From assembly GCA_964106645.2 (NCBI GenBank), contig OZ067039.1: a stretch of 64,000 nucleotides of DNA; one strand, given 5' to 3'. Positions 40,001 through 52,800 of the stretch are shown here, one piece after another. The stretch is from Podarcis pityusensis. Lineage: Eukaryota. Position 1 is the stretch's first letter. Every line of letters starts with the position of its first letter. The notes under the pieces were generated by a model, which was not told where the DNA came from, searched no databases, and saw only the letters and a list, made by a program, of their open reading frames with translations. The translations under genes and the position numbers were made by a program.

Positions 40001-41101
40001 TAAAGATAGAACAAAGTTGTTTTATTCATTTATGTTGCTTTTAATATAGTCTTTTGTTTTTGCAAGCTTCCTTGAACTATATGAGGAAAAGTGGGGTATA
40101 AGCATTTCAGATCTATATATATATTTAAAGCATGAACTGGAACAGTTACCTAACAATCTTTGGGATCATTTATGTGGGAATCAGTATTGTGCACAGTGGT
40201 TGTGGGAGACTTTTGTCTTCTTAAATTATTGGCTCATAGTGTGAAGTTTCATTTTGACTCAGTCAAAACCTGTGCAACATGCTGTTTCCAATCTCCCACA
40301 AATCTTGCTTACTAAGGAAGGCAGGCCTGCCTTTCCTGAAGCAGAAATGCCCCTCTCTCCTACATGTGAGTTTCTTTTGTCAATGCAGGCACCTGGAGGG
40401 TTAAATAATCTCTCCCCGCTTCCCCCTACTCCACACCCAAATCAGAAGTAACTCATTTCCAAAAGGAGCCAGGGCAGAGAAATGCAAATAAGTGTTTCGG
40501 ACAGCTGCAGGCTGTATGCCTTCCTGAGATGCCAGTGCCCCAAATGAGACATGTCAGAGTACAAATTGAAAATGCCAATTTCACTTACTCTGCCACGCTG
40601 CTCGTCACAGCTAAATCCTTCTCTGCTGCCCCTCCCCCCACACTTCCCACTTACCGAATGATGGGTGCTTCTCCTTAATGTAAATCTGCCTGACTTCTTG
40701 GGTTATTTCTGCAGTGGGTCTCTTCAGCCAATCTTAGTGGGACACAGCTACAAAGGAATGGAAGGGGAAAAGGTACACGGAAACTCTTCCTTCATCCATA
40801 TTATCTGAATGTCAGTTATCTTCTAGTGATCCATATTTAACTCCTGTACTGCGTAAAGGCCTTATTGATGTGAGCTTACAGTAGCTGTACCCCCATTTAT
40901 CTGAACTTCTGGTTGTTTCGGCGCTGCCCAGCCCATTTGTATATATTTTTTTTCTGGAATTTGTGTGAAGTTGCTTGGAATGTACTGGGTATATGTTTAT
41001 CTAGTTACAGATGTAAATATAAACAGTGACTAACAGATTACTTTTTTAGAACAGAACATTTCACCTCCTGCCTTCCTCAGCTGCCCAGCTGTGAATTCAA
41101 G

Positions 41102-41191
41102 TCATAGAATCATAGAATCATAGAGTTGGAAGAGACCACAAGGGCCATCGAGTCCAACCCCCTGCCAAGCAGGAAACACCATCAGAGCACT
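41102..41191 (-). mobile_element. Young CR1 LINE 3'-end fragment (90 bp)
   Basis: Identical to 36600-36689 and complementary to the 3' end of the CR1 at 41848-43197; no clear TSD. Confidence 0.95.
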
Positions 41192-41847
41192 AGGCCAGAA
41201 TTTTTTCTCTTGTTTCCAGTGTTCTTGGATCGGGTGGCATTGCCATTGCAATAATGGATAAATCAGCGAGGGGGTGTGGCTATCTGAATGGAAGTGTTTT
41301 CCAGTTGGTTGTTGCATCTCCCCCCCCCCCCAAGATTGGCTGTGTGAAATCCTAAAGCATCTGTGTGCATCAGTTGCTGTTTTTAAAATGGAAAATAAGA
41401 GAGGAGGGACTCCAGGTGTTTGAAATAATGTTCATATCAGGCCCAATGTGTTTTGGAACAAATCCATCCTTGGGGGCACATTTTTAGCAGTGTTTTGCAG
41501 TAGTAAGAGTCCTCATGCATTTGGTGAAAATTGCTTATAAAACTGTGCCCCTGAGCAAAGCTTTCTTCCCAAACATGTCAGTCCTGAAATAAATCATATT
41601 TCAAACTCCTGGAGAGTCTCCTAAACGTATATGTGTACATACACAAACATGTAATTTTCTTCTAGAGGTGCTTCCCCAGTTTTAACGGCTGGTTTCCTTC
41701 AGTTATCATTTCATCTATGTACTGAACATTCACAGTCAATGATGTAAATTAAATTGCTGGACCTGGCAGTGAACTTTTTGTTTGATATACTAAGTCATAG
41801 TATATTATGGTTATAGCCAGTTGTGGTGCTCATGAAGTAACTGTCTC

Positions 41848-43197
41848 CAGTCTGACATCAATACCAGGGAAGATTCTGGAGCAGATCATTAAGCAAACAG
41901 TCTGTGAGCACCTAGAAAGGAATGCTATGATCACCAATAGTCAGCATGGATTTCTGAAAAATAAGTCATGTCAGACTAACCTGATCTCGTTTTTTGACAG
42001 AATTACAAGCCTGCTAGATGAAGGGAACGCAGTGGATGTAGCCTACCTTGATTTCAGCAAGGCATTTGACAAGGTGCCTCATAATATTCTTGTAAAGAAG
42101 CTGGTAAAATGCGGTCTTGACTATGCTACCACTCAGTGGATTTGTAACTGGCTGACTGACCGAACCCAAAGGGTGCTCATCAATGGTTCCTCTTCATCCT
42201 GGAGAAGAGTGACTAGTGGGGTGCCACAGGGTTCTGTCTTGGGCCCGGTCTTATTCAACATCTTTATCAACGACTTGGATGATGGACTCAAGGGCATCCT
42301 GATCAAATTTGCAGATGACACCAAATTGGGAGGGGTGGCTAACACCCCAGAGGACAGGATCACACTTCAAAACGACCTAGACAGATTAGAGAACTGGGCC
42401 AAAACAAACAAGATGAATTTTAACAGGGAGAAATGTAAAGTATTGCACTTGGGCAAAAAAAATGAGAGGCACAAATACAAGATGGGGGACACCTGGCTTG
42501 AGAGCAGTACATGTGAAAAGGATCTAGGAGTCTTGGTTGACCACAAACTTGACATGAGCCAACAGTGTGACGCGGCAGCTAAAAAAGCCAATGCAATTCT
42601 GGGCTGCATCAATAGGAGTATAGCATCTAGATCAAGGGAAGTAATAGTGCCACTGTATTCTGCTCTGGTCAGACCTCACCTGGAGTACTGTGTCCAGTTC
42701 TGGGCACCACAGTTCAAGAAGGACACTGACAAACTGGAACGTGTCCAGAGGAGGGCAACCAAAATGGTCAAAGGCCTGGAAACGATGCCTTATGAGGAAC
42801 GGCTAAGGGAGCTGGGCATGTTTAGCCTGGAGAAGAGGAGGTTAAGGGGTGATATGATAGCCATGTTCAAATATATAAAAGGATGTCACATAGAGGAGGG
42901 AGAAAGGTTGTTTTCTGCTGCTCCAGAGAAGCGGACACGGAGCAATGGATCCAAACTACAAGAAAGAAGATTCCACCTAAACATTAGGAAGAACTTCCTG
43001 ACAGTAAGAGCTGTTCGACAGTGGAATTTGCTGCCAAGGAGTGTGGTGGAGTCTCCTTCTTTGGAGGTCTTTAAGCAGAGGCTTGACAACCATATGTCAG
43101 GAGTGCTCTGATGGTGTTTCCTGCTTGGCAGGGGGTTGGACTCGATGGCCCTTGTGGTCTCTTCCAACTCTATGATTCTATGATTCTATGATTCTAT
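41848..43197 (+). mobile_element. 5'-truncated CR1 LINE with an uninterrupted ORF2 reverse-transcriptase C-terminal frame (stop at 43111)
   Basis: RT motifs [47 protein letters not shown]; 3' UTR ending in the CR1-diagnostic (ATTCTATG)3 octamer tail; no ORF1 or endonuclease. Confidence 0.97.
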
Positions 43198-43214
43198 AAA
43201 ACACAGATAATGCT

Positions 43215-43331
43215 GGGTTGTATCCAACGTTAGGCATACTCAGATCTAACCCTTAAAATGAACAAACATAACTAGCTTAGGTCTACAAATTTCTATGGGT
43301 CAATCTTACTAGAGCTTAGCTGGATACATCC
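43215..43331. mobile_element. Short palindromic MITE; related degraded copies near 6905-7015 and 19849-19950
   Basis: TIR GGGTTGTATCCAAC / GCTGGATACATCC; superfamily not assigned. Confidence 0.55.
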
Positions 43332-45538
43332 TAGTACATTTGAATCCTTCCACGATCCAGAGCAAACTCATCTGAAGTGCAGTTTGATGCTTTGAAAACC
43401 ATCTCTCTGCATGTACATGCACACAATTCAAGGAGCTGGGGAAGGAAGGGCTCAGTTTGTTTAGAACATTAAATGAACAGTGGACTTTTGCATAGATCTT
43501 GGAATAACATTGATGGCTTGTGCAAAAGCATCATTTTGAAGAAGGCACTCCCTTGTGTGAGCAGAAGTTTTGCTCAGTTGTGTCATCAGTCCATTTTTTT
43601 CAATGCTAAAGTTACATTTTTAAAAAATTGAAAATAATAATTACCTTTTAAAATGTAAAGTGCTCTTTTATGCATATTATTGTGAGCATTCTAGGCTGAA
43701 TTTTGTTTTTATAGTTGTTTTGAAATGTTTTTGTAAGTCAAAACTTAGGGAAATGACAAATACATATAAATCACCATCATCTGCCTTGGGAGTTTTTATT
43801 GAAGGATGGTATAAAAGCATATTAAAGAAATTAGTTCCTGAATGGGAACTTTTGGCTGATACGCTTATTTTCTCCTTCAAAATTATTGTGCAGGATAGAC
43901 TGTCATGTTCAACACCTTAGGGCAGCTGAATTTTACTGATTAGACCATACTTATATACAGTGAATGTCTTTCTATATACAGTATCGCCTATGTAGCACTC
44001 TTTGAAATTGAAGGAGCATGATGTAAATATATAATCTGTAAAGTAGTTATGCCCTACTGTTTGTAATGGGATTATTTTGCGATTGGTTGTCCTATGAGAA
44101 ACACCCTGGTCTTTTCTCAGGAGCTCGGCCTTTCTCTGGTGGGGTTCTTACGCTAGTTCTGTACTTTCACCTGAACGCTTTACACTGTAAAGCATTCAAT
44201 CAAAAATGCAAAACCAGAGTCCCTTCTGTTTCTTTGCACTTATCACTGAATTAAGCACAAAATAGGCTTTGAAGGAAGCTGAGGCGTGGAAGCTCCTACC
44301 TTCTTTGAGTGGCAGGAGGATGTGGAGAAAGGGTGCTTGGGGGCACGGATATGCGGGGAGGGGAGGGGACCATATGCACTGCCTTCATCTTTCACTTCTC
44401 TGTGTCCCCATCAAGGCAGACTCAGTGCCATGGGCTGAGGGTAGGTGGGTGGGGTGGAGTGGGGGGGGGGAGGATCCAAGGCACAGGGAGAGCTGATTCT
44501 CCAGTGTCCATAGCTCCCTAACAAACTCCAGCAAGCCATGAATCTTTCATTTAATCTCTCCTGACACGCCTGTCATTTTCTCCGGAGAGAAGCGGAGAAT
44601 CTCTCGCCGAAGGAGGTCATTAGCTGTCAGGGAAGGTTCCAACTGCCTTCCTGTCTCTGTATCGATTAAGCCTCCACATGCGCGCAGGCACTGTGGAGGG
44701 AATATTGATGGGGCTGCCAGAAGTTTGGCTTGGGCTAGAGATTGGGTGTATCTTTTCCCTGGGTGGGAGGGACAAGGGCTCGTGGGGCTGCTTGATGAAG
44801 ATATAACCCCAAATTTGTCTGCCTCTACAACCCTGCCCTCACAGAGCTATTGTCCGCCTTAGGCTCTTGCTTTTTCGTTTTCTGTGTGGGAGCTTTATTT
44901 CCCTATACCCTAGGAAAGGCAGGATCTAATATTGCCAGCTCTGGAGAGCAGAGAGTGATGACTCCAGCTGCTGCTTAGTTTGAGATATCACTGTCACTCA
45001 GTTTGTACAGTTCACCAGAAAATCCTCCTCCTTTCATTGGAGGAGCAGGTTCAACATGAACACTGAATGTTAATCAGAATCAAATGATTAGCATGTTTAG
45101 TTTTTATTATATATCACCATAGTGACAATATTGTACAAGGGCTGTACACTATTGGAGGGACTCTGAAAGCCACTTAGTCCACAGTGACTGTATGCCAGCA
45201 GTGCTTTTTTTTTTTTTAAAGTACAAATTCTTCACCCAGGTAACCTAATTCCTGTGCCAAGAGAAGCTGGAGTCTGTAATTCAAATAAATTATGCACATG
45301 ACGTGACTTCAAATAGATTTGCTTATTTCCCACCAGTGATTCTGTTTCTGCTAGCTATAGGAGAGGCAGAAGAGCTATACGGAAGCATATCCAAACTCTT
45401 GCAATATTGTCTGTGCAAGTAAGAAGATTTGCAGGGGGAGGTTCTTGAGGTGCCTTGGAGTCCAGACTCCAATTCCTTTCCCTCAGAAAAGGCCTTCCGT
45501 TTGGCAGAATTCTAGGAAGCAGCTGGGAACTGGAAATA

Positions 45539-45780
45539 CAGTGGTACCTCGGGTTACATACGCTTCAGGTTACATACGCTTCAGGTTACACACTCCGCTA
45601 ACCCAGAAATAGTGCTTCATGTTAAGAACTTTGCTTCAGGATAAGAACAGAAATCGGGCTCCTGTGGCGCAGTGGCAGCAGGAGGCCCCATTAGCTAAAG
45701 TGGTGCTTCAGGTTAAGAACAGTTTCAGGTTAAGAACAGACCTCTGGAACGAATTAAGTACTTAACCCGAGGTACCACTG
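45539..45780. mobile_element. Tc1/mariner-type MITE (242 bp)
   Basis: TA at 45537-45538 and 45781-45782; perfect 18-bp TIR CAGTGGTACCTCGGGTTA / TAACCCGAGGTACCACTG; internal GCTTCAGGTTA repeats. Confidence 0.92.
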
Positions 45781-46022
45781 TATAAGTGCTGCTTTTGGAA
45801 AGGGGGAGGCCCCTGGATATTGGAGACTTTGCATTTGACCAGAGTGTCTTGCTTGGGACGTCATCATCCCTGGCAACCACAGATCCAGATGGGTACACTT
45901 AGAACGAGCCAGAAGAATGCAAAGCTCCCCTGTGGTCTGTGGTCTGATTCCTGATATATATCTGTTTCTTTCTGTCTGAGGGTGCCTAATGTGACTCTTT
46001 TCTCTTGTGTTTCCTCTGGCAG

Positions 46023-46119
46023 TATTCCTATGAAGGGAATGGCATCAGTGACCTCCCGGTGAACCTTTCCGTGGTATGGAATGGGAACTTCATCATTGAC
46101 AATCCCCAGAACATCCAGG
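46023..46119 (+). CDS. PLXNA1: Plexin A1 internal exon (IPT2 end): [32 protein letters not shown]
   Basis: ctctggcag acceptor, GTAAGC donor; 97 nt, phase 0 to 1; not in the ORF track, translated by hand. Confidence 0.96.
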
Positions 46120-46736
46120 GTAAGCTGATGAAGTCGGGTGGGGTGGAGCCCCCTTAGCAAGATACAGCAGGAGTTCCCTGCAATGAACTGCTTCTGCATT
46201 CCACTTCTGAGCCATCCACCTCAGGGCCAGATTGACACCAGTGCACCCCTACAGGTGTAAAATCAAATATTATGCTAGCCTGAGCAAACAAGCTTTCTAA
46301 CACAGAGCAAAGTTAGAAGTGGTGGTCTGGGGATTACTGGTTTCTCTCCTGCCCATCAAAGCGCCTTGACCCTCCAAACGCTGTGTACTTGCTCTGAAAC
46401 ATTTTCTCTGTAGTGTGCTGGCCTTATAAACATGCCCAGCCATTCAATAACTCGTTTGAGACTTAAATGCACGTTCACTTCCTAGACATAAAATGAAATC
46501 ACTTTGAAGGCTGCTTTACGATCCTGGCTCCCGCTGCAAGGAACTTAGGACATGATAGTTAGGTTAGTTCTGTAATGGGCAAAGATTATTTCACACACAC
46601 ACACCACAAATAAATTCACAACATTCTCACAAAATCGTAAACCTCAGAGTTATTTGGGGAAGCCGTGACAACTATGCCAGTTCAAACCACTTGAAATTTG
46701 TGACCCTGGTTGTGGCTTTCAGCTGAGATCCTAGAC

Positions 46737-46873
46737 CAGAGAAAGGCAATGTCGTGCCTTTCATATGTTGGTGGATTCCAATTCTCAGCATCCCCAGCCA
46801 CCATAGCCATAGGCTGGGGATGATGAAAGTTGTAGTCCAGCAGCATGTGGAGGGCACCACTGGGTTACCCCTT
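46737..46873. mobile_element. Palindromic hAT-type MITE copy
   Basis: Same family as 16112-16243; central hairpin CATCCCCAGCC...GGCTGGGGATG. Confidence 0.6.
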
Positions 46874-47138
46874 CATTAGTGGATAGGTATTTTCATCATA
46901 AACAAATCCCTTGCTGGCTGTATTCAGTAGTGAAAGCTGAAAACTGTATAGGCAGTGAATACTGTCAAAACTGGTCTGATGCAACAAAGCATATGGAAAG
47001 TGGTAGACCCTGAGGTCCTTTAGTGGGCACTGTCAACAATTACCCATCATAGGGGGAATCTGTGTAGCAGTTCTGTCCCCACCCCACTCCCCAACTTCTT
47101 TTTGAATGTAAGCAGGGATTTGTGTTTTCTTCTTGCAG

Positions 47139-47329
47139 CTCACCTATACAAGTGCTCAGCTCTGCGTGAAAGCTGTGGGCTGTGCCTCAAGGCAGATCCA
47201 CGCTTTGAGTGTGGCTGGTGTGTGTCAGAAAAGCGATGTTCCCTGCGCCAACATTGCCCAGCCTCTGAGAGCAGCTGGATGCATGCCAGCAATGGCAATA
47301 GCCGCTGTGCGGACCCCAAAATCATTAAG
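47139..47329 (+). CDS. PLXNA1: Plexin A1 internal exon (PSI3): [28 protein letters not shown]...RCADPKIIK
   Basis: tcttgcag acceptor, GTATGC donor; 191 nt, phase 1 to 0. Confidence 0.97.
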
Positions 47330-49489
47330 GTATGCTTGTGAAGGGTAAGCAGGGGGGAGGTTTTTCTTCTTCTCTTTTATCCTCAGTGCTGAATAGGAAA
47401 TCGCCTATGGTGGAGGGTACATGGTGGTGGGCAGTTCTGAAGTATTTTAAGGTGTGGCTGGCCTAGCTACCAGCGTATGCAGTGTTCTTGTAGCATATAA
47501 TACAAAATGTAGTATTCTCCTGACACTTTCTTTGTTCAGACACCAATAACTGGTGCGAAGCCTTCTTCCCACCAACCAGTGAGTGCTCAATGAACAGTAG
47601 CGAGCAGAATTAGTGTCTCCTGTGATATGCCGCTGATGGGGCAATGCAGCGGTGATTGTAATGGAGAATCAGAGCAATGTGGTTCAGTGGTCAGAGTTGG
47701 ATGGAGCTAGCCTGTCTTCTGTTCCTAACCCCAATTGACATTTCCCCCACTTCCAGATTCTCCTTGTTCTCCTCCATCTATAGCAGGGATGGGGAAACCA
47801 TGACCCTCCAGGCATTGCTGGGATTACAACTCTCATCATGGTCAGTGGTCACTGTTTCGCCATTCTTGATCTATAGAAGCATGGTTGTTTTGGAATCTGT
47901 TACTGTGGCTTAGGTTTTCGATGTCAACATTTTGCTCTTAATGGGTATTGTTACATATGTCGTGAAAATCAGGCAAAGTGTACGCTTTTAAATAAGACAT
48001 AAATAGGATGGAGATGAATAATATCAGGTGACACTTGTGACCTGTGCAAGTTCATTGGCCAGTGCTGGTGAAGACAGGCGTTCCAAAGAGGGGTTGGACT
48101 CAGATTCACCGCATTATGAGAGGGCTTTGTTTCCAGGACTGATGATACATATTGAAATTTTGCTTAGAATGCCTTTCTGTCGACTTACTACAACAGGCAG
48201 AGTAGTAGGAGTATATTTTTTTGGCTTGCATACCACTTTCTTTCTCTCCTGTGTTGACAGTGAATGTTTGATTCCCATTCTGGCCTGTTTCACAGGATTC
48301 CTAGCAAATAGGATTCTGGAAGAAGATGAGGTTTGGTGTGTCGTGGATTCCTCACCCCCCCACCCCGGTTGTGTTCACAGTTTTTAGCCAGCCATCTTTT
48401 CACTTCCTTAAGACTGGTTGTTTATCATCCCTCTTCTCTTGACAGCTGCTATGACCGTCATTTAATAAGATTGTGTATATTAATGTTAACATGTCGGTTG
48501 GGCCAGGCTCCAAGTGCATTAGCAGGGATTGGCAGGTAATTCTATTTGATATGTTCTATTTACCCATATACTGCAAGCCAGGCAGGCCTTGGTGGTGTTA
48601 ATTACCAGAGTCTTAGCACAGTATCTCATCTATTTGGGTTTCAGTGTCTTATCTGTTGAAGGCTGGAAATTAGAGCAGTGCCTCTTGCACTCCCCAAAGT
48701 TAGTTGCTTCTTATTGCTGATTGGCATTGTGGGGCCCTGCGCTGCATTTGCCAAGGCCTTCACTCTTTGGAAGCCCCCAGCCCACCACAAAACCTGATGG
48801 GAGAGAGCCTGCCTAATTAGTGTCTGCATCTTCTATAAAAAGAAGTAATGACTGTAAGACTGGAGATGGGAGGTGGGGGAATGACAGGGGAGTCTTACCG
48901 TCTCAAATCACGTAAGTTATATTACAGATTTCCAATGGAATAGTACTTAGCATTTATACAGTGCTTTAGGGTGCTCAGGATGTTTCAAATACAGTGGCTG
49001 AATACTATTTATTTTATTTTATTTTTATACCGCTTTCCAGACAAATGGTCTCTTCCAAAGCAGCTCTCATCAATTAAAGAGAGAGGGAAGAAGAAAGAGA
49101 GAGAAATGGGGAGCCTTCCATCAGGCATCCAAACTTAAAAAATAAAATAAGAAGGAACACAAAGAAAGGGGAGGTGGAGGGAAAAGGTAGAGCAAGGGAT
49201 ATCATTTTGGCAATACTGCAGCAAGGTGGTGAGTTGTAAATAGGCATTTATTTGATTGTGGGTTGTGTTTATGAGATGACTCATAAACTAAATTTTCCAG
49301 GTGGCAAGCAGAGATTGAAAACACAACAATAAAACCACACTACAATAAAACCCACAGTAAGATTAAGCGACATAAAAGCAAAGTACAAAACCAGCACAAT
49401 AAAATGCCACAGACAGCACAGAACTAAAACAGCCACCAGATGCATGCGCTAAAGCCACCATATGCCACAGGACTTAAAGTCTGATCTTA

Positions 49490-49810
49490 AAAGACCTGGG
49501 AGAATAGAAAAGTATTAGCCTGGTGCTAAAAAGGCAGCAATGTCGGTGCCCGGCAAGCTACCCTAGTCAAGGGCTGCCACCAGAAAGTCCCTCCTTTGTT
49601 GCTACCCTCCAAGCTTCACATTGAGAAGCTACACAGAGAGGGGCATAACCAGAGAGAACATAGACATTGTGACTAGTAGCAATTGAGAGCCTTGTCCTCT
49701 ATGAATGTGTCTGATCCTCTTTTAAAGCCATCCAAGTTGGTGGCCATTACTGCTTCCTGTGGGAACACATCCCATAGTTTAAGTATGCACTGTGTGAAGA
49801 ACTGCATCTC
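49490..49810 (-). mobile_element. Adjacent degraded L2-type (49490-49645) and older CR1-type (49660-49810) fragments
   Basis: Similar to the other L2 copies in the window; CCTTGTCCTCTATGAAT...TTTTAAAGCCATCCAAGTTGGTGGCCAT resembles an antisense CR1 ORF2 end. Confidence 0.5.
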
Positions 49811-52800
49811 TTCCTGGGTCACCAGCTCCTTTTAGACAAGTGTATGATACTAGAATCCTAAATCTTGATTTAATATATTCATACTGACTCCTGATTGCAA
49901 GGTATGAAGCTCTCCAGAACCAATTCTGACTGAACCCTGTTATGTGAAGTGTGGGGTTGTCATGAAGAGGTTTGTGAACCTAAAACCATTATGTAGTGTC
50001 AAGGCTACTAAATGGTGTTGATAACGCACATCTTGTTTACCTGCCAATTTTTGAGCACTTGCCAGCATTGGGTTTTAATGATACTCTCTGCATCATTAAA
50101 TAATTAAAATTAAATTAAGAACTTGTCACACTAATTGTAAGCCCTGTGTAGGCAAATCAAGTAGTGTGCCTTTCCATGCATGCATTCCAAGTTTGGGGAC
50201 TTCAACATTGGTGCTTTTTCCAACTGTTGCTCTGGTTGAAGCCTTGAAGGCCATGCAGCCTTCGTAGGTGCTCCTCCAGACAATTGTTGATGACTTCCTG
50301 GTGCTTTCTAGATGTTGTTGGGCTCCAGCTCCCATCAGCCTTGACCAGTGTAACCAATAATAAACAGCACCAAAAGGGCGCCACGTTGGCTACCCTTGCG
50401 ATAAGATCAGCTTCAGTGCAGTGGAATGAATGATGGGCACAGCATGCACAAAGAAATAGAATATGGAAAATGTTAAACTGTATGGGTCATTAGTCTGGAA
50501 CAAGTGGAGAACTTTCTGCTTGGCACTCGGATTCCTTCTACTCCAAGGGTTCCAGAAGAGCACCATTTGAGTTAAGACGAGAGCCATTGGATGTCCTGCT
50601 GAAATAATTTATCAGCTTGCATTTTGCTTTCGCTATCTCTGTAGCACCGTTACTGTGCAGAAGGCTTTACAGTGTTCTTATCTCCTCAGAACGATAACAC
50701 TATGCCAAATAAACGAGTTTAGCCTTAATTTTACGGTGGCAAGTCAGTACTCCATTAGACCTTCCAGACTTGTCTTTTATCAACCTGGCATGATGCTATG
50801 TTCCAGAATCAAGCCCAAATGTAGTGCCTTTCTTTCTTAACACAGCTTGGGAAGCAAACCCATCATTCTAAGTAGCCGTGCTACCGATGTCAGTATCGCT
50901 TCACTTTTGAAAGCCTGATCTCAGAGACACCTAATAGAAGTTTTGCTGCTGCACAAGAAGATGGAAGGTCGCTTCTGTGTGCTTTCAAAGCTCCAGTTTT
51001 AAGTGGTACATTCGCAGCTAGAATATATGCATTCAGGCACAGGAGGGCCATTCTGAAATGAAATGATCAAATGGCCAAACCGGTTAGTTGATGATTCATT
51101 ATCTCATCTTTTGGGCACTGATATATCTTGTGTCCACTTCATTTGGCAGATCTGAAGGGTTTGTGCTCTGAAACCAATTAGCAAAAGAGTGCTGTTGTTT
51201 GTCAGGGATGGAGCAGGGGTGGGAGAGTGCCTGCGTCTGTGACTCTGTGTGTGAGTGTTTAAGGGGAGACGGTTCAAGAAAGAGCCAGATTTCCCTGCCA
51301 GCTCTGGTTCCCAAGTGCCTTGTTTAGCCGCGACCTCCCCACACAGTGTGTCAAGCAGTGTCAACTTTTTCCCAGAGTTGCTGCTCCCCAAACGTGTGGC
51401 CCTTGTCAGTTTTGCTGCAGTGGAGGGGAAATCTAACATACCACGGCAGCCTTTAACACTAATTTAACAATACCAAACAAACAGCCACGGCTCACCAAGT
51501 ATCCCAGAGGAGCCCAATTTAGGAAAGAATGACTTGGGTTGCCTGCTGCAGCAGCTGCCTTAATGAGTTCTGATCCAGGACTTTAGCAGATGATTGGATT
51601 GAATTTAGGCGAGCAGCAAACCCCCAAAGCTCAAATCGGTTTGACTGTTGTATAAATTCTGAGGCATAGCATGTGATTGCCCTAGGCCTGCTTGTAAGTT
51701 AACTCGTGGAGCAGCCTGCAAGTCAGGGAGCGGAGAAGGGAGCCAGGGTTTGTGGGCTTTGGATACCTAATCCAAGTTGGCTTTGGGCAAGCTACAACCT
51801 CTTTGTGCCTTGGCTGCTGGTAATTCTCCAGCGTAGCCTCCTTTTGCTGCTTTGTTAATGAGACTTGGATGGTGTTTGTGAGGCAAGAGTCGGAGAATGA
51901 AAAATAAAGTGTTATGTTTTAATGACTCATGTTGATGCCTTGGTCAGGTATGTTGAAGGAGATGTTCTTTACGTTTGCATTGCCCCCTGGGGCTGGAGGA
52001 AATAGCTCTCTGTTGATTTGTTACTTCCCCTCTACCAAATCTGTCTGCTCCAAATGATGGCCCATATTGTAGAATGAAAGGGCCCCATTCTGGAGGCGAG
52101 GAGTGTCTGAGGACCTGTGATTCTGAGAGTACAGGCCTAACACAAATTTTGCCTGTCTTTAGGGGTGGCTACTGGAGGAGCGTAGTGTTACAGAGGCTGA
52201 GATCTCCCCAGCTAGAAAAGAGTTGCATCATACATGAGCAGCCTTTTGCCATCTTATTATTGTAGCGCACTCTGCATGCTGCTACCCTCCTTGACAAATA
52301 TTCAGAAGAGATGCCTGATACACAGTGAGATAGCATGGGGACTGCAGGACTGCTATGTATTTTTGCTCAAGTCTGTGGCCCTATTGTTAGACACGGTAAG
52401 GCTGTCTGCCTGAAGCAGCATAGTTTGGGGTAACATTAAAAGGCAGCCATTCCTGCCCCCACCCCCAGTTATTTTATTAATATATTTTACCACCATTGGT
52501 AGTGGTGGCAGAGTTGCCATTTGGATTCTCGGCCTCAGGCATGAATTTTGGGGGGGCTGTTTCTCATTACGTTTATGTTTCAAGATCTCCACTGGTGCCT
52601 TACTAGTTATCCAGCAACAATAGAAGATACTGGCTTAGAACTAAGAAGTTTGGCCCACACATGCCTTAGAAATCTCTTTCCCATCTTATGACACATCTTT
52701 ACTGTTAAAATCAACACAGTCTGTGCCTTCGTAACAATGCAATCTGTGCAAGAGCGTGTAGTGAGGTAACTTTGTGGCTGCCTCATAATTATAGAAATCC

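Noticed and set aside
41807-43111. 434-aa ORF as a host gene or novel RT system
   Set aside because: Standard CR1 ORF2 C-terminus with a CR1 tail; the first ~14 codons are flanking intron.
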